A stretch of 64,000 bases of DNA, from the NCBI GenBank assembly GCA_963977015.1, contig CAXBMO010000018.1, positions 32,001-96,000 of the forward strand, given 5' to 3'. Below the pieces are notes generated by a model. That model saw nothing but the letters and a program-made list of their open reading frames with translations, did no database searches and had not been told where the DNA came from. The stretch comes from an uncultured bacterium. GTDB taxonomy: Bacteria; Verrucomicrobiota; Verrucomicrobiia; Verrucomicrobiales; DEV007. Position numbers and translations under genes: made by a program. Below, one piece after another: positions 1 through 10,951 of the stretch. The stretch's first letter is position 1, and each line of letters starts with the position of its first letter.

Positions 1-2
1 CC

Positions 3-2534
3 AAATCCAAGCTTCCCGACGAAGAAATCGCGATTCTGGAGCAATGGATCGCGATGGGCGCACCCGATCCACGGAATGAAGCTCTGGCCGGGGCTGTTCG
101 CAAAACAGAGATCGACTACGAAGCCGCGCGCCGTTCCTGGGCGTTCCGTCCCCACGTCAGCCCGGAGATCCCGACGGTCAACGACGCGGAATGGGCCCGC
201 AACGCAATCGATCCGTTCATCCTCGCGCCGCTCGAAGCTCATGGGTTGGAACCGGCCGCCGATGCAGCTCCCCGCGCCCTGATCCGGCGGCTCTACTTTG
301 ACCTGACCGGCCTGCCTCCGACTCCCGAGGAAGTCGAAGCCTTTGCCCGGAATCCCTCGCAGGAAGCTTCCGAAGCGTTGATCGATGATTTGCTCGCTCG
401 CCCGGCGTTTGGAGAAAAATGGGGACGTCACTGGCTCGATATCGCGCGCTATTCCGACTCGAACGGCGCCGATCGCAACTTCACGTTTCCGCAGGCCTGG
501 CGCTACCGGAACTACGTGATCGACTCCTTCAATCGCGATCGGCCGTTCTACGAATTCGTCCAACAACAGCTCGCCGGAGATCTGCTTCCCGCCGGGAATG
601 ACGAACAACGCCGCGAACAACTCGTCGCCGCGACCTTCCTCGCGCTCGGCCCCAAAATGTTGACCGAACGCGACAAGGAGAAACTGCGACTCGATACCGC
701 AGACGAGCAGCTCGACACCGTGGGACGCGCCTTTCTCGGCCTCACGATGGGTTGCGCCCGCTGCCACGATCACAAATTCGATCCCATCTCACAAAGGGAT
801 TACTACGCCATGGCTGGGATCTTTCGCTCCACCCAGGTGGTGATGGGCACTCGCAACGGCTGCGTCAACGTCGCCAGTTGGGTCGAACGTCCGCTGCCGA
901 TTCCGGAACCGGAACGGAGCCAGTTGGCCGCCAAGGTCGAGCGCCTCGAACTCGCGATGCGCCTAACCGTTGAAAAGAGCTTCATGAAGAAAGCGGGTGG
1001 CAAAATGACGCTCGATAACCTGCCCCTGGCTGGCGTGATTTACGACGAAGCGGATGCTGAATTGGTGGGCAACTGGAAAGCCTCCACGATTTCGATGAAC
1101 CGGTTCGGGAAAGGCTACATTCACGACGACCAGGAAGCCAAAGGGGAAAAGAAGGCGATCTTCACGGCGGCTCTTCCTGAGAACGGAGAATACGAAGTTC
1201 GCCTCGCCTACAGTTCGGCATCCAACCGCGCGAGCAACGTTCCGATCAAGGTCGAAGCCTGGAAAAACATCCATCACGTCGCCCTCGATGAAACGAAGCG
1301 GCCCTCGATTGGCGGACTGTTTGAGCCGATCGGACGATTCCGGTTCGAGAAAGGTGGTCGCGCCAAGGTCACCATCGAAACCGGTGAAACCAACGGCTAT
1401 GTCATCGTCGATGCGGTCCAATTCATCGCCGTTGACGATATCGAGCGCGAAGCCATGGCCTTGGCCGCGGTCGAAGGTGAACAGGGCGAAGACGAGCTCT
1501 TCCGGATGACCGAAGGCGAATTGAAGAAGGTGTTGGGCAAGTTGATCGGCGAATTGCGGGGAGCTGAACTGGCAATGGCGCCACGCGACGCGAAGGACGC
1601 GGGCGACATCAATTTGCGCGTTCGCGGCGAAGTCGGCCAACTGGGCCCGGTCGTTCCCCGCAACTTTCCTCTCGCCCTTCATGCCGGTGACCAACCCAAG
1701 ATCTCAGACGGCGAAAGTGGGCGCCGCCAACTCGCCACCTGGATCACCGGACCGGAAAACGCCCTTCTCGATCGCGTCATCGCAAACCGGCTCTGGCACA
1801 ACTTGATGGGAAGGGGAATCGTCGCCTCGGTCGATAACTTTGGCGCCTTGGGAACCAAACCAACGCACCCGGAATTGCTGGACCATCTCGCGACTCAATT
1901 TCGAAACAGCGGTGGCTCGATGAAGACGCTCATTCGTGAGATTGCCTCGAGCCGGACCTACCAACTGAGCACCACAGTTCCGGCTTCCCAGCAAGCTGCC
2001 GACCCGAAAAATGATCTCTTCGGTCGCCAGAATCATCGGCGGCTTACCGCAGAGGAAATCCGCGACAGCGCACTGTTCCTCGCCGGAGAACTCGAATCCT
2101 CTCCCGGCCAGGCCACGGCAAGCAAATTTGGCGTTGATCTCGACAAGCCGATATCGTTCGCCAAGGAGAAGTTGCGGACCGTGTATCTTCCCATCGCCCG
2201 GAACAATCTGGTCGCGGACCTGGAGGTTTTCGACGCCGCGAATCCCGATCTCGTCAGTGGCAACCGCGCCGAAACGACCGTCCCAACCCAGGCGCTCTAC
2301 CTCATCAACAGCGACTTCTTTCTGAGCAAGGCGAAAATCCTGGGAACAAAGGCAAGCTCAAAACCCGACCGCATTTCCTGGCTTTATGAGACGATTCTCA
2401 ATCGCCCTCCGGAAACCGAAGAGGCATCCCGCGCCCAGGCGTTCGTTTCCGAAATCAGTCCCAATCCCGAAGAAGCGCACGCCCACCTCGCGCACCTGCT
2501 CCTCGTCTCCACCGAATTTCTCTACCTCGACTAA
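3..2534 (+). CDS. DUF1549/DUF1553 (PSD1) planctomycete cytochrome c-type protein with an inserted carbohydrate-binding-like (golvesin/xanthan-lyase C-terminal-like) domain; 5'-truncated by the window
   Basis: The frame is open from base 3 (KSKLPDEEIAILEQWIAMGAPDPR). Motifs: [67 protein letters not shown]. Confidence 0.9.
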   Translation, partial: KSKLPDEEIAILEQWIAMGAPDPRNEALAGAVRKTEIDYEAARRSWAFRPHVSPEIPTVNDAEWARNAIDPFILAPLEAHGLEPAADAAPRALIRRLYFDLTGLPPTPEEVEAFARNPSQEASEALIDDLLARPAFGEKWGRHWLDIARYSDSNGADRNFTFPQAWRYRNYVIDSFNRDRPFYEFVQQQLAGDLLPAGNDEQRREQLVAATFLALGPKMLTERDKEKLRLDTADEQLDTVGRAFLGLTMGCARCHDHKFDPISQRDYYAMAGIFRSTQVVMGTRNGCVNVASWVERPLPIPEPERSQLAAKVERLELAMRLTVEKSFMKKAGGKMTLDNLPLAGVIYDEADAELVGNWKASTISMNRFGKGYIHDDQEAKGEKKAIFTAALPENGEYEVRLAYSSASNRASNVPIKVEAWKNIHHVALDETKRPSIGGLFEPIGRFRFEKGGRAKVTIETGETNGYVIVDAVQFIAVDDIEREAMALAAVEGEQGEDELFRMTEGELKKVLGKLIGELRGAELAMAPRDAKDAGDINLRVRGEVGQLGPVVPRNFPLALHAGDQPKISDGESGRRQLATWITGPENALLDRVIANRLWHNLMGRGIVASVDNFGALGTKPTHPELLDHLATQFRNSGGSMKTLIREIASSRTYQLSTTVPASQQAADPKNDLFGRQNHRRLTAEEIRDSALFLAGELESSPGQATASKFGVDLDKPISFAKEKLRTVYLPIARNNLVADLEVFDAANPDLVSGNRAETTVPTQALYLINSDFFLSKAKILGTKASSKPDRISWLYETILNRPPETEEASRAQAFVSEISPNPEEAHAHLAHLLLVSTEFLYLD

Positions 2535-2543
2535 GCCCCTATC

Positions 2544-3944
2544 ATGAGCCCTCAATCGACAGCCTGTCATCACTACGACCCGCCGGCGCTTTCGCGACGC
2601 CAAATGCTGCAACGCTCCGTCTGCGGGTTTGGATCGCTCGCCATGACCGGCCTCGCCGCAGCGTCCGGGCAACAAATGCATCACGCGCCCCGGGCCAAAC
2701 GCGTCATCTTTCTCTTCATGCACGGTGGGCCCTCCCAGGTCGATACCTTCGATTATAAGCCGAAGTTGCAGGAGCGCGACGGCCAGCGTCTGCCCTATGC
2801 TCCCGCCAAAAATCTGGATCCTTCCGCAACCGCTCAGGCCAAACTTCTCGGCTCACCCTGGAAGTTTTCCCGGCACGGCGAATCCGGCCTTTGGGTCAGC
2901 GATCTCTTCCCGAATGTTGCCAAACTGACCGATGATCTCTGCGTCATTCGCTCGATGCAAAGCAAGGGCCAGTCGCACGGTCAGGCCGTCTGCATGCTGC
3001 ACACGGGAACGGACAATTTCGTCCGCCCGTCCGTCGGGGCCTGGGTCAGTTACGGGCTCGGCACGGAAAACGAGAACCTCCCCTCGTTTGTCAGCATCAG
3101 TCCTTCGGCGACCCACGGCGGTCCCCGCAACTACGGACCTGCCTTTCTCCCCGCCGAGCACCAGGCCACCACCATCGGTCGCAATGGAAAGCTGGACCAA
3201 TCCGCTTCGTTCCGTTTTCTGAGTTCCAAATCCGGCGCTGACATCCAAACCAAGAAACTCGCGTTTCTTCAGGCGATGAATCGCCAGCACTTTGAGCGGA
3301 CCCAACACGGACCGGTCGAGGGAATGATCCAATCGATGGAGCTCGCATTTCGCATGCAGAGTTCGGCCCCGTCCGTCATCGACACCAAGGACGAGCCCGA
3401 ACACATTCGCGACCTCTACGGCATCGGCACCAAGGAGACGGACAACTACGGCCGCCAGTGCCTCCTCGCCCGGCGCTTCGCCGAGGCAGGGGTTCGCTAC
3501 ATCCAGGTGAGCACTCCTAACGTGTGGGATCAGCATGGAAACCTGAAAGGCGGTCACGCCAAGAACAGCCTGGCCGTCGATAAACCCATCGCCGGATTGC
3601 TGACGGATCTGAAACAGCGCGGCATGCTCGAAGACACCCTCGTGGTTTGGGGGGGAGAATTTGGCCGCACCCCAATTGTGCAAGGTTCCAACGGCCGCGA
3701 TCACAACCCTCAGGGGTTCACCATGTGGATGGCCGGAGGTGGCGTCAAGGGAGGGCTCGCCTGGGGCGAAACCGACGAATTCGGCTACTACGCAGTGAAG
3801 GACAAAGTCCACATGCATGATCTTCACGCGACCATTCTGCACCTCTTGGGAATCGATCACCTCCAGCTCACCTATCGCTACGCAGGACGGGATTTCCGGC
3901 TCACCGATGTCTATGGTGACGTGGTGAACGGGATTCTTGCCTGA
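2544..3944 (+). CDS. DUF1501 domain protein (Tat-like N-terminus)
   Basis: [46 protein letters not shown] and RLTDVYG motifs; lies directly after a DUF1553 gene, the typical PVC pairing. Confidence 0.92.
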   Translation: MSPQSTACHHYDPPALSRRQMLQRSVCGFGSLAMTGLAAASGQQMHHAPRAKRVIFLFMHGGPSQVDTFDYKPKLQERDGQRLPYAPAKNLDPSATAQAKLLGSPWKFSRHGESGLWVSDLFPNVAKLTDDLCVIRSMQSKGQSHGQAVCMLHTGTDNFVRPSVGAWVSYGLGTENENLPSFVSISPSATHGGPRNYGPAFLPAEHQATTIGRNGKLDQSASFRFLSSKSGADIQTKKLAFLQAMNRQHFERTQHGPVEGMIQSMELAFRMQSSAPSVIDTKDEPEHIRDLYGIGTKETDNYGRQCLLARRFAEAGVRYIQVSTPNVWDQHGNLKGGHAKNSLAVDKPIAGLLTDLKQRGMLEDTLVVWGGEFGRTPIVQGSNGRDHNPQGFTMWMAGGGVKGGLAWGETDEFGYYAVKDKVHMHDLHATILHLLGIDHLQLTYRYAGRDFRLTDVYGDVVNGILA

Positions 3945-3956
3945 TGGATTGGGCCA

Positions 3957-4775
3957 TCAACTTCCCGGCACCACAAACTGGACGTCGCGAACTTCGTGGT
4001 TCTCCAGTTGGAACGTGAGATAGCCGGCCTGCTTTTCTTCTGCGGTCGAATGCATCCCGGCAGACCCGGCATTGAGACAAAGCGTCGCCGGTGCCGAATC
4101 CGCTCGCAGTTGCCAGCGAACGTGCTTGTGCCCGTGAAGGTAAGCCACGGGACGATGTTTGGCGACGAGAGCGGCGAGGCGTTCTTCGCCCAAGAGCTGA
4201 TGATGGGGCGCTTCAGGATGCTCCGGAGGATTCGCGAAGGGATAGTGGCCGATCACCAGCGTCGTCTTCCCGGCATGCTGGGCCAATTCCGCATCAAGCT
4301 GTTTCTCGAGTGCGTTCGTGAGGAGTCCATTCGACCGAATCGCGAACGGACGCGAAGCATCATATCCCACAACCACAGTTGAAGCATCAATCTCCCACGA
4401 TCGAACCCCTTCAATCCGACCGGACGGAAACCACCGGTCGTATCTCGCCCGCGATCCCGGAGTGTAACGATCGTGGTTGCCGGGAATCTCGATGAACCGC
4501 TCCCCCCACTTTTCCCGAATCGGCGCCATCAGCTCGGCAGCCGCCTCGAACTCCGAATCCAGCGACATGGTGGAATAGTCGCCGGTAAAGATCACCAGGT
4601 CCGCATCCTGAGACGCGATATGGGCGGCGACCTCAATGGCGAGATGAGGCGGAAATTTGCCGCGACGATGAAACGCCAGATTCAGGAACCCCAGCCAACG
4701 CTTGGGATAGAACGGATCCGTCCAATCGAATTTGCAACGCCAAACATGGAGATCACTGAAATGAAGGACTTTCAT
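3957..4775 (-). CDS. Calcineurin-like metallophosphoesterase
   Basis: SDLH, TGD, PGNHD and HGHKH motifs. Confidence 0.9.
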   Translation of the reverse strand: MKVLHFSDLHVWRCKFDWTDPFYPKRWLGFLNLAFHRRGKFPPHLAIEVAAHIASQDADLVIFTGDYSTMSLDSEFEAAAELMAPIREKWGERFIEIPGNHDRYTPGSRARYDRWFPSGRIEGVRSWEIDASTVVVGYDASRPFAIRSNGLLTNALEKQLDAELAQHAGKTTLVIGHYPFANPPEHPEAPHHQLLGEERLAALVAKHRPVAYLHGHKHVRWQLRADSAPATLCLNAGSAGMHSTAEEKQAGYLTFQLENHEVRDVQFVVPGS

Positions 4776-4811
4776 GGGAAGGGGCCAACACCAAAAAAAC
4801 TACCATCGAGG

Positions 4812-6281
4812 TCAGGCAAGGATGGAATCGAGATCCTTTTTCGTTCGTGGATGTTCCAGGTAGGGATCTCCATGTTGATCCGCGTAATTCGAGAGGTCCC
4901 TGGCCAATTCTTTGGCGACTTCCGGCTGCGCGTCGATGAAGTTGATCAATTCGTCAGGATCGGTCTCAAGATCAAGGAGCCAGGGTTTGTCGTGGGAAGA
5001 CAGAATCAGCTTGTGGCGCGGCGTCACCGCACTGATCCACCCTTCGGATGAGCCGGGACGCCCCGTCCCCCGCATGAAGGTCACGTTTTTCCAGTCATTG
5101 CCTTCGCGCTCGGATTTCAGAAGCGGGCTGGCATCCCTCCCCTCTTCCTTTCCCGCAGTTTCGACTCCCATCAAGGCGAGCATGGTGGGCAGAAAATCGA
5201 CCGTATTCACGACCTCATCGACCTGCGTTCCCGCCTTGATTTGGCTGGGAAACCTGGCCACGAAGGGAACCTTGGCGGAAGCCTCCAGCGGAATGCCCTT
5301 ATTTTGCCGATGATGCTCGCCCCGCATATCTCCGTGATCCGCCGTGAACACAACAATCGTGTTCTCCAGCAACTCGCGCTCCCGCAACGCCTCCAACAAG
5401 CGCCCCACACAATCATCAATGCACTTGATCATGCCGCGATAGCTGGCCATCGGATAATTGCACTTCTGGGGAGCGGCCCAGCTGGGAACGCCCTTTCGCT
5501 CCTTGTCGTAAGTTCGCGGTTTCTCGACCACGTCGTCATCATACATGGTGTCGTAGGGAGCACGAACCGTATCCGGCCCATGGGGATCCGGGATACTCAG
5601 CATATGGCAAAACGGCTCAGCCTGATGCCGATCAATAAACTCGATCGTGCGATCCGTGAGAAAGTCCGTCGCGAACGACGTTTCGTCAGCGCCTCTGACG
5701 CTATAGGTCGGGTTGCCCTTCGCGTCGCGAGCCTTCACCCGCGGTCCATCCTCGGTTTCCTCAAACTGCTTCCAGTGTCCGCGATTGAACATGTAACGGT
5801 TGTCTTCAAACCCGAACTTGCGCTCAGGTCCCCACTGGGGTTTCCCAACCCCGTCCAAGTGCCACTTCCCGGCATAACCGGTCGCATAACCCGCATTTCC
5901 AAGCGTCTCGGCAAAACTGACGATGTCATCACGCAACGGGATGTTGTTGGTCGTTACCGGCGTGTTTTGCGGATAGCAGCCGGAGATAAAGGATGAGCGC
6001 GAAGGCGAACAGACCGGGGTTGCCGCATAGAACTTGGTACACAAGACGCCTTCTTTGGCGATGGAATCGATATGGGGAGATTCCACAACCGATTTCGTGC
6101 CCCACATGAACGCCTGCTCCGGCGGAAGCGTTTCCCGATAACAGCCCAGGGTTCGAAAATTGAGTTCATCGCAATGAATCACCAACAAATTGGGCTTCGC
6201 CTCTCCTTGAGCGAAAGCCGGAGCGGCTGCGGATGCAGTGGCGGCGGCAGTGGAGGTTTGAAGAAAATCGCGGCGTTGCAT
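4812..6281 (-). CDS. Formylglycine-type sulfatase with Tat signal
   Basis: CSPSR signature, GKWHL, PHGP, FTADHG; start placed at MQRRDFLQ (twin-arginine). Confidence 0.92.
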   Translation of the reverse strand: MQRRDFLQTSTAAATASAAAPAFAQGEAKPNLLVIHCDELNFRTLGCYRETLPPEQAFMWGTKSVVESPHIDSIAKEGVLCTKFYAATPVCSPSRSSFISGCYPQNTPVTTNNIPLRDDIVSFAETLGNAGYATGYAGKWHLDGVGKPQWGPERKFGFEDNRYMFNRGHWKQFEETEDGPRVKARDAKGNPTYSVRGADETSFATDFLTDRTIEFIDRHQAEPFCHMLSIPDPHGPDTVRAPYDTMYDDDVVEKPRTYDKERKGVPSWAAPQKCNYPMASYRGMIKCIDDCVGRLLEALRERELLENTIVVFTADHGDMRGEHHRQNKGIPLEASAKVPFVARFPSQIKAGTQVDEVVNTVDFLPTMLALMGVETAGKEEGRDASPLLKSEREGNDWKNVTFMRGTGRPGSSEGWISAVTPRHKLILSSHDKPWLLDLETDPDELINFIDAQPEVAKELARDLSNYADQHGDPYLEHPRTKKDLDSILA

Positions 6282-6459
6282 TCCCCACGCGAAGCTCTCC
6301 CTCACCGATTTTCAAATGCGAAGTCACAGATTTGCGCTCACTCCAGATTCGCGCGGCCCATCCCGGGATACTTCGAAATCCCTACCGTCAGGCCCGCCAA
6401 ATCTCGCGAACTGAAGCCGTTTCCACAAAACCACTAGTCAATCCCAGATTCCATGAGAT

Positions 6460-7272
6460 ATGATGCGGCAAATGGCCCTGCATCACTCAATTTTGGCTTT
6501 GGCCGCAACGCTGCTGTTTACCTGTCCCGCCACCGCGCAGGACATCCCCAAGGAATTGCTGGAGGACGAACACTTTCTGGAGGAATTCGGCGTCAACAAA
6601 CTGACCACCCCTTCAATTCGGAAGATTTTTGACCAGTTGAGTCGTCTCGAAGACCTTCCCTATGAGAAATTTCAGCGCGACGTCCCAAAGACTTCCAGCG
6701 ATCGCACCAAACTGGCGCTGAACCTCGGAGGTCTCATCGCCGACGGCTTTTTCGTGGTTTACACGGAGAACCTTCAGGATCTGGAGGACGTCGGCCGTGC
6801 GATTTTGAAACACGCCGCCGGCCTGGGAGCAGGTGCCCGCTTTACCAGCCACGCCAAATCGCTTGTCGAGCACAGCAATGACGGCAATTCCGAAAAGTTG
6901 CGCGATGAGCTCGCCAGAACCCAGGCCGATGTCGAGATGGAAATGATCACGCTCCGTGACGAGGACGCCGTTCACCTGATTGGGTTTGGGGGCTGGTTGC
7001 GAGCGTTTGAAGTGGCCTGCGCGGCGAGTCTCGATCCCTTCGATGCGGGCCAGGCCGAGATCTTGCGCCGGGTCGACATTGCCGATTACTACGTCCAGGA
7101 ATTCGAGACCCTGCATCCGGACATTTTGGAAAAGGATTACATGACCCAACTGTTCAAGCTCTTGATCGAGTTTCGGGACGTCGTGGACATTTCTCCCGAG
7201 CAACCGCTCACCGAGAAGCAAGTTCTGGCGATGAAACAGAAGGTGGAGCAGATGGTGAAACTCGCCTTTTGA
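6460..7272 (+). CDS. Secreted helical hypothetical protein
   Basis: 270-aa ORF with a signal peptide (ILALAATLLFTCPATA) and coding-like composition; no family recognised. Confidence 0.75.
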   Translation: MMRQMALHHSILALAATLLFTCPATAQDIPKELLEDEHFLEEFGVNKLTTPSIRKIFDQLSRLEDLPYEKFQRDVPKTSSDRTKLALNLGGLIADGFFVVYTENLQDLEDVGRAILKHAAGLGAGARFTSHAKSLVEHSNDGNSEKLRDELARTQADVEMEMITLRDEDAVHLIGFGGWLRAFEVACAASLDPFDAGQAEILRRVDIADYYVQEFETLHPDILEKDYMTQLFKLLIEFRDVVDISPEQPLTEKQVLAMKQKVEQMVKLAF

Positions 7273-7358
7273 TGGCACGCCGGAATCGCTTCGGCAAATC
7301 GGCCAAAACTGACGGTTCAGAATGAACAAACGGCCGGAGGGGTGGTCCCAACCGCTGC

Positions 7359-8714
7359 ATGAACTCGTCCCAGACTCGAAGAAATTTTCTCCGTGGAACC
7401 GGAGCCTGCATCGGCATTCCCGTTTTTGAATCCATGCTTTCCACCGCAACCGCGGCGGGTTTGCCTCAACCCGGCACCACGGCGACTGGCGCCCCACTCC
7501 GCATGGCGGTTGTTTACAAGCCGAATGGCGTCAACTACGACCGATGGAAGCTTGAAAAGACGGGCCAGGACTACGATTTGAGCCCCACGCTGCAGCCGCT
7601 GGCCAGTTTCAAAAAGGATTTCCAGGTTTTCACGGGATTTGAGCATCAATTTGGTTGGGGACGTCTCGATGGCGCCGGCGATCACGCGAGAGCAAACGCG
7701 ACGTTTCTGACCGGTGTTCGCCCTCACAAGACGGCGGGTTCCGATATTCGCCTCGGCATCTCATTTGACCAGGTGATGGCGAACGCGATTGGCGATCAAA
7801 CCCGTCTCGCCTCTCTCGAACTCAGCTGCGACGGCGTTCGCAAATCCGGTGCCTGCGATTCCGGCTACTCCTGCGCCTACCAGTACAACGTTTCCTGGCG
7901 GAGTGAAACCCAGCCCATGACGCCGGAATCGAACCCACGCCTGGTCTTCGAACGTCTTTTTGGGGCCGGAACCGGGGCCGAACGCACCGAGAATCTCAAG
8001 CGCCGTCAAGTTCAGCAGCGCAGCATCCTCGATTTCGTGATGAGCGACGCGAAAAAGCTGCACACCGCATTGGGCCGCAACGATCAGCAAAAGCTGGACG
8101 AGTATTTGACCGGAATTCGGGAAGTTGAGCAGGCGATCGAAAAGTCCGAGCGCTTTGGACTTCCCCCCGAACCCGGGATCCCCGCTCCATCTGGAATCCC
8201 AGGGAACTTCAGCGACCACCTCAAGCTCATGTTCGACATGATGGTTCTGGCCTTCGAGACCGACTCCACCCGGGTCGCAACGTTCATGCAGAGCTACGAC
8301 GGAAGTAACCGGACGTTCCCCGATGTCGGCGTCAAAGAAGGCCACCACGGTCTCTCACACCACCGCGGCAAATCGGAATCGCTCGAGAAACTGGCCAAAA
8401 TCGACCTGTTTTACTCGGAACATTTCGCGTATTTCCTCCAGAAACTCCGCGAGAAGAAGGATGCGGACGGAAACACCCTACTCCACAACTCCATGGTTCT
8501 CTGGGGCAGTGGACTGAGTGATCCGGATCGCCATCGCCATGACAACCTGCCGATCGTCCTGGCCGGAAACGGGGGCGGTCAACTCACACCAAACCGCCAC
8601 ATTCAGTTTGGGGAAAACAAGCCCATGACCAACCTGTTCCTCAGCATGTCAGAGAAAATGGGAGTGCCGATCGATCAGTTTGGCGATTCGACCGGGAAAA
8701 TCGCTTCCATCTAG
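7359..8714 (+). CDS. DUF1552 domain protein
   Basis: TRRNFLRGTGACIGIP, PNGV, SLEL..., [37 protein letters not shown]. Confidence 0.9.
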   Translation: MNSSQTRRNFLRGTGACIGIPVFESMLSTATAAGLPQPGTTATGAPLRMAVVYKPNGVNYDRWKLEKTGQDYDLSPTLQPLASFKKDFQVFTGFEHQFGWGRLDGAGDHARANATFLTGVRPHKTAGSDIRLGISFDQVMANAIGDQTRLASLELSCDGVRKSGACDSGYSCAYQYNVSWRSETQPMTPESNPRLVFERLFGAGTGAERTENLKRRQVQQRSILDFVMSDAKKLHTALGRNDQQKLDEYLTGIREVEQAIEKSERFGLPPEPGIPAPSGIPGNFSDHLKLMFDMMVLAFETDSTRVATFMQSYDGSNRTFPDVGVKEGHHGLSHHRGKSESLEKLAKIDLFYSEHFAYFLQKLREKKDADGNTLLHNSMVLWGSGLSDPDRHRHDNLPIVLAGNGGGQLTPNRHIQFGENKPMTNLFLSMSEKMGVPIDQFGDSTGKIASI

Positions 8715-8716
8715 CC

Positions 8717-9972
8717 CCGCGCGCCCCGGGCTGGCTTGTTCCGGCTGTTCAGGCCAACGCAACCGAATCACCCGACGATCCTGGCGGGCAAATCCCAACG
8801 GGATTTCGCATGAACAGCCCAGTGTTGCCGAAGGCTACGCTGGGATTACCGAGCCAGCACGAATCCAATCCTGAAGGGATTGCGGAAGGCTTCGGGCGTC
8901 CCTTCCGGGACGCATCCTGGCACCGTCTCTGATCCGGTGGTTGCGCTGCGCTTCACCGACCGGCTAGGTTCGGGATGAGCCTCCGGCTCTCTGCTTGACC
9001 CATCCGGCGAAGACGATGGATGGGAAAAGGACATGGTTGTCTCACGCTTTCAGCGCTCGCGAATGCGGGCATCTTGCCCCGGGGCTTTGCTCGCGTGGGC
9101 TCGCGCACCCCAGGCTGGCAGGTTCTGGCTTTCGGCCAGCTCTAGCCAGAGAACGAAACACCCAGCAGGAAGCCGGAAAAGAAATCGAAAACGTTGGCGA
9201 GGCCTGAAAGGCCGAAACACGCCAGCCCGGGGCACCGCCCCGGGTCAAAGATCCGCAAGAATCGAGCGCTGAAAGTGCAATACAATCGCTCTATGTCTCA
9301 CGCTTTCAGGGCTCGCTCGCGACTGCGGGCATCTTGACCCGGGGCTTTGCTCGCGTGGGCTCGCGCACCCCAGGCAGGCAGGTTCTGGCTTTCGGCCAGC
9401 TCTAGCCAGAGGGCGAAACACCCAGCAGGAAGCCGGAAAAGAAATCGAAAACGTTGGCGAGGCCTGAAAGGCCGAAACATGCCAGCCCGGGGCACCGCCG
9501 GGTCAAAGATCCGCAAGATTCGAGCGCTGAAAGTGCGAGACAATCGCTCTATGTCTCACGCTTTCAGCGCTCGCAACCACGGCCATCACCACCCGGGCTT
9601 TGCTCGCGTGGGCTCGCGCACCCCGGGCTGGCCTGTGATGACCTACAGGCCAACTCTCTGACTCGTGCTGTGAAGCGGACAGGATTGTCCGCACTCCTTG
9701 GCTGGCTCACTCCATCGCACCCCATCAGGCCACTGCGACCAAATCACCCGACGATCCTGGCGGGCAAAATCCCAACGGGATTTCGTACGAACAGCCCAGT
9801 GTTGCCGAAGGCTACGCTGGGTTTACCCGGGCAGCACGAATCCAATCCTGAAAGGATTGCGGAAAGCTTCGGGCATCCCTGCCGGGACGCATCCTGTCAC
9901 CGCGACTTTTCCGGTGGTTGCGCTGCGCTTCACCGACCGGCTAGGTTCGGGATGAGCCTCCGGCTCTCTGCT
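8717..9972. repeat. Cluster of REP/REPIN-like palindromic repeats: unit A twice (8749-8995, 9725-9972) around tandem ~257-bp unit B (starts 9038, 9294, partial 9552)
   Basis: Near-identical copies are visible by eye. Unit B ends are inverted (TGTCTCACGCTTTCAGCGCTCG / CGAGCGCTGAAAGTGCGAGACA). Many short hairpins occur (GGCCTGAAAGGCC, AATCCCAACGGGATT, GCGGACAGGATTGTCCGC). The cluster lies between convergent genes. Confidence 0.85.
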
Positions 9973-10024
9973 CGTTCCTTCCGTCTGCGGGGAAGCAGCC
10001 CAACCCTCGATCGGGGTTGCCAAT

Positions 10025-10717
10025 TTACGGCAACTCCGGAAGATCGCCTTTCACAGCGTCAATTTGAGCGCGGGGAGCCATTGCCTGCCCCTGGTATTTT
10101 TCGCGAGCCCAGGCAATTTGGGCTGGAGTAACTGCTCCCGACGAATTCCCGAAATTCATGCGGATGTAGGTAATAACGGCAGCAATCTGCTCATCGCTCA
10201 TGCTGGCGCCCCAGCCAACCATCGCGCCCGTGTGACGGGTCATATCGGGCACAACCCCATTCAAGACCAGGTAAGCAATGCGCTCCGTCGGCCCGTTGAC
10301 AAATTCAGAGCCGGCCAGAACCGGCGCCATGGGAGGAGTCATCACCATTGGCGGTCCTTTTCCTTCCGGGCCGTGACAAGCGACACAGTTCGCGAAAGTC
10401 GCGCGTCCAAGCGCTGCAAACTCTGCAGAAACTCCGCCTCCCGTGCTTGCGGCTTCAGAAGGTGCTGGCTTGGGCGCCGCTGGCTCGTCGGTCCCACTTG
10501 AAGCAGGCTTGGGTGCTGGCGTTGCCGCGGCAGTCACCGTTGCGGGAGCCGCTGCAGCTGCCGGTTCCTCAACCAGTTGCGCGTTGACGAACATGGCGTT
10601 GAGCAACCTTACGCCAAAAATGCCAAGCATGACGAAAAGGGCCAGCGCAGTGATTCCGCTTCCTGCGAGACCAAGCTTTCCAGCAAACGAGTTGGATGAA
10701 TGGGAGTCCTGAGACAT
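10025..10717 (-). CDS. Membrane-anchored monoheme cytochrome c
   Basis: N-terminal TM helix, Ala/Pro linker, CVACH heme motif, distal Met (GAMVGW), IAAVITYIRMNFGN; start placed at MSQDSH. Confidence 0.88.
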   Translation of the reverse strand: MSQDSHSSNSFAGKLGLAGSGITALALFVMLGIFGVRLLNAMFVNAQLVEEPAAAAAPATVTAAATPAPKPASSGTDEPAAPKPAPSEAASTGGGVSAEFAALGRATFANCVACHGPEGKGPPMVMTPPMAPVLAGSEFVNGPTERIAYLVLNGVVPDMTRHTGAMVGWGASMSDEQIAAVITYIRMNFGNSSGAVTPAQIAWAREKYQGQAMAPRAQIDAVKGDLPELP

Positions 10718-10951
10718 GATTTCAAACAAGTTACGCTCCCTGAAGGAGCACGGGCGCAATACTGTCATCACCCACCTGTTTTTCAATCGAAATTCTGTCC
10801 GGGTGCCTTCGCTGCCGATTCAGCTCGCCCCTTCCGGGCCCAAACGGTGCATCTCCGCTGCTCAATTGGGAGCGAATGAAATCCGGCAAAATCCCGATCC
10901 AACAAACTGTCAGCTTGTCAATTCCCTCCAGTCCCTCCAAACTATCGTGTC

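Noticed and set aside
8717-9972. CRISPR array
   Set aside because: Units are ~250 bp with no unique spacers, and there are no cas genes.
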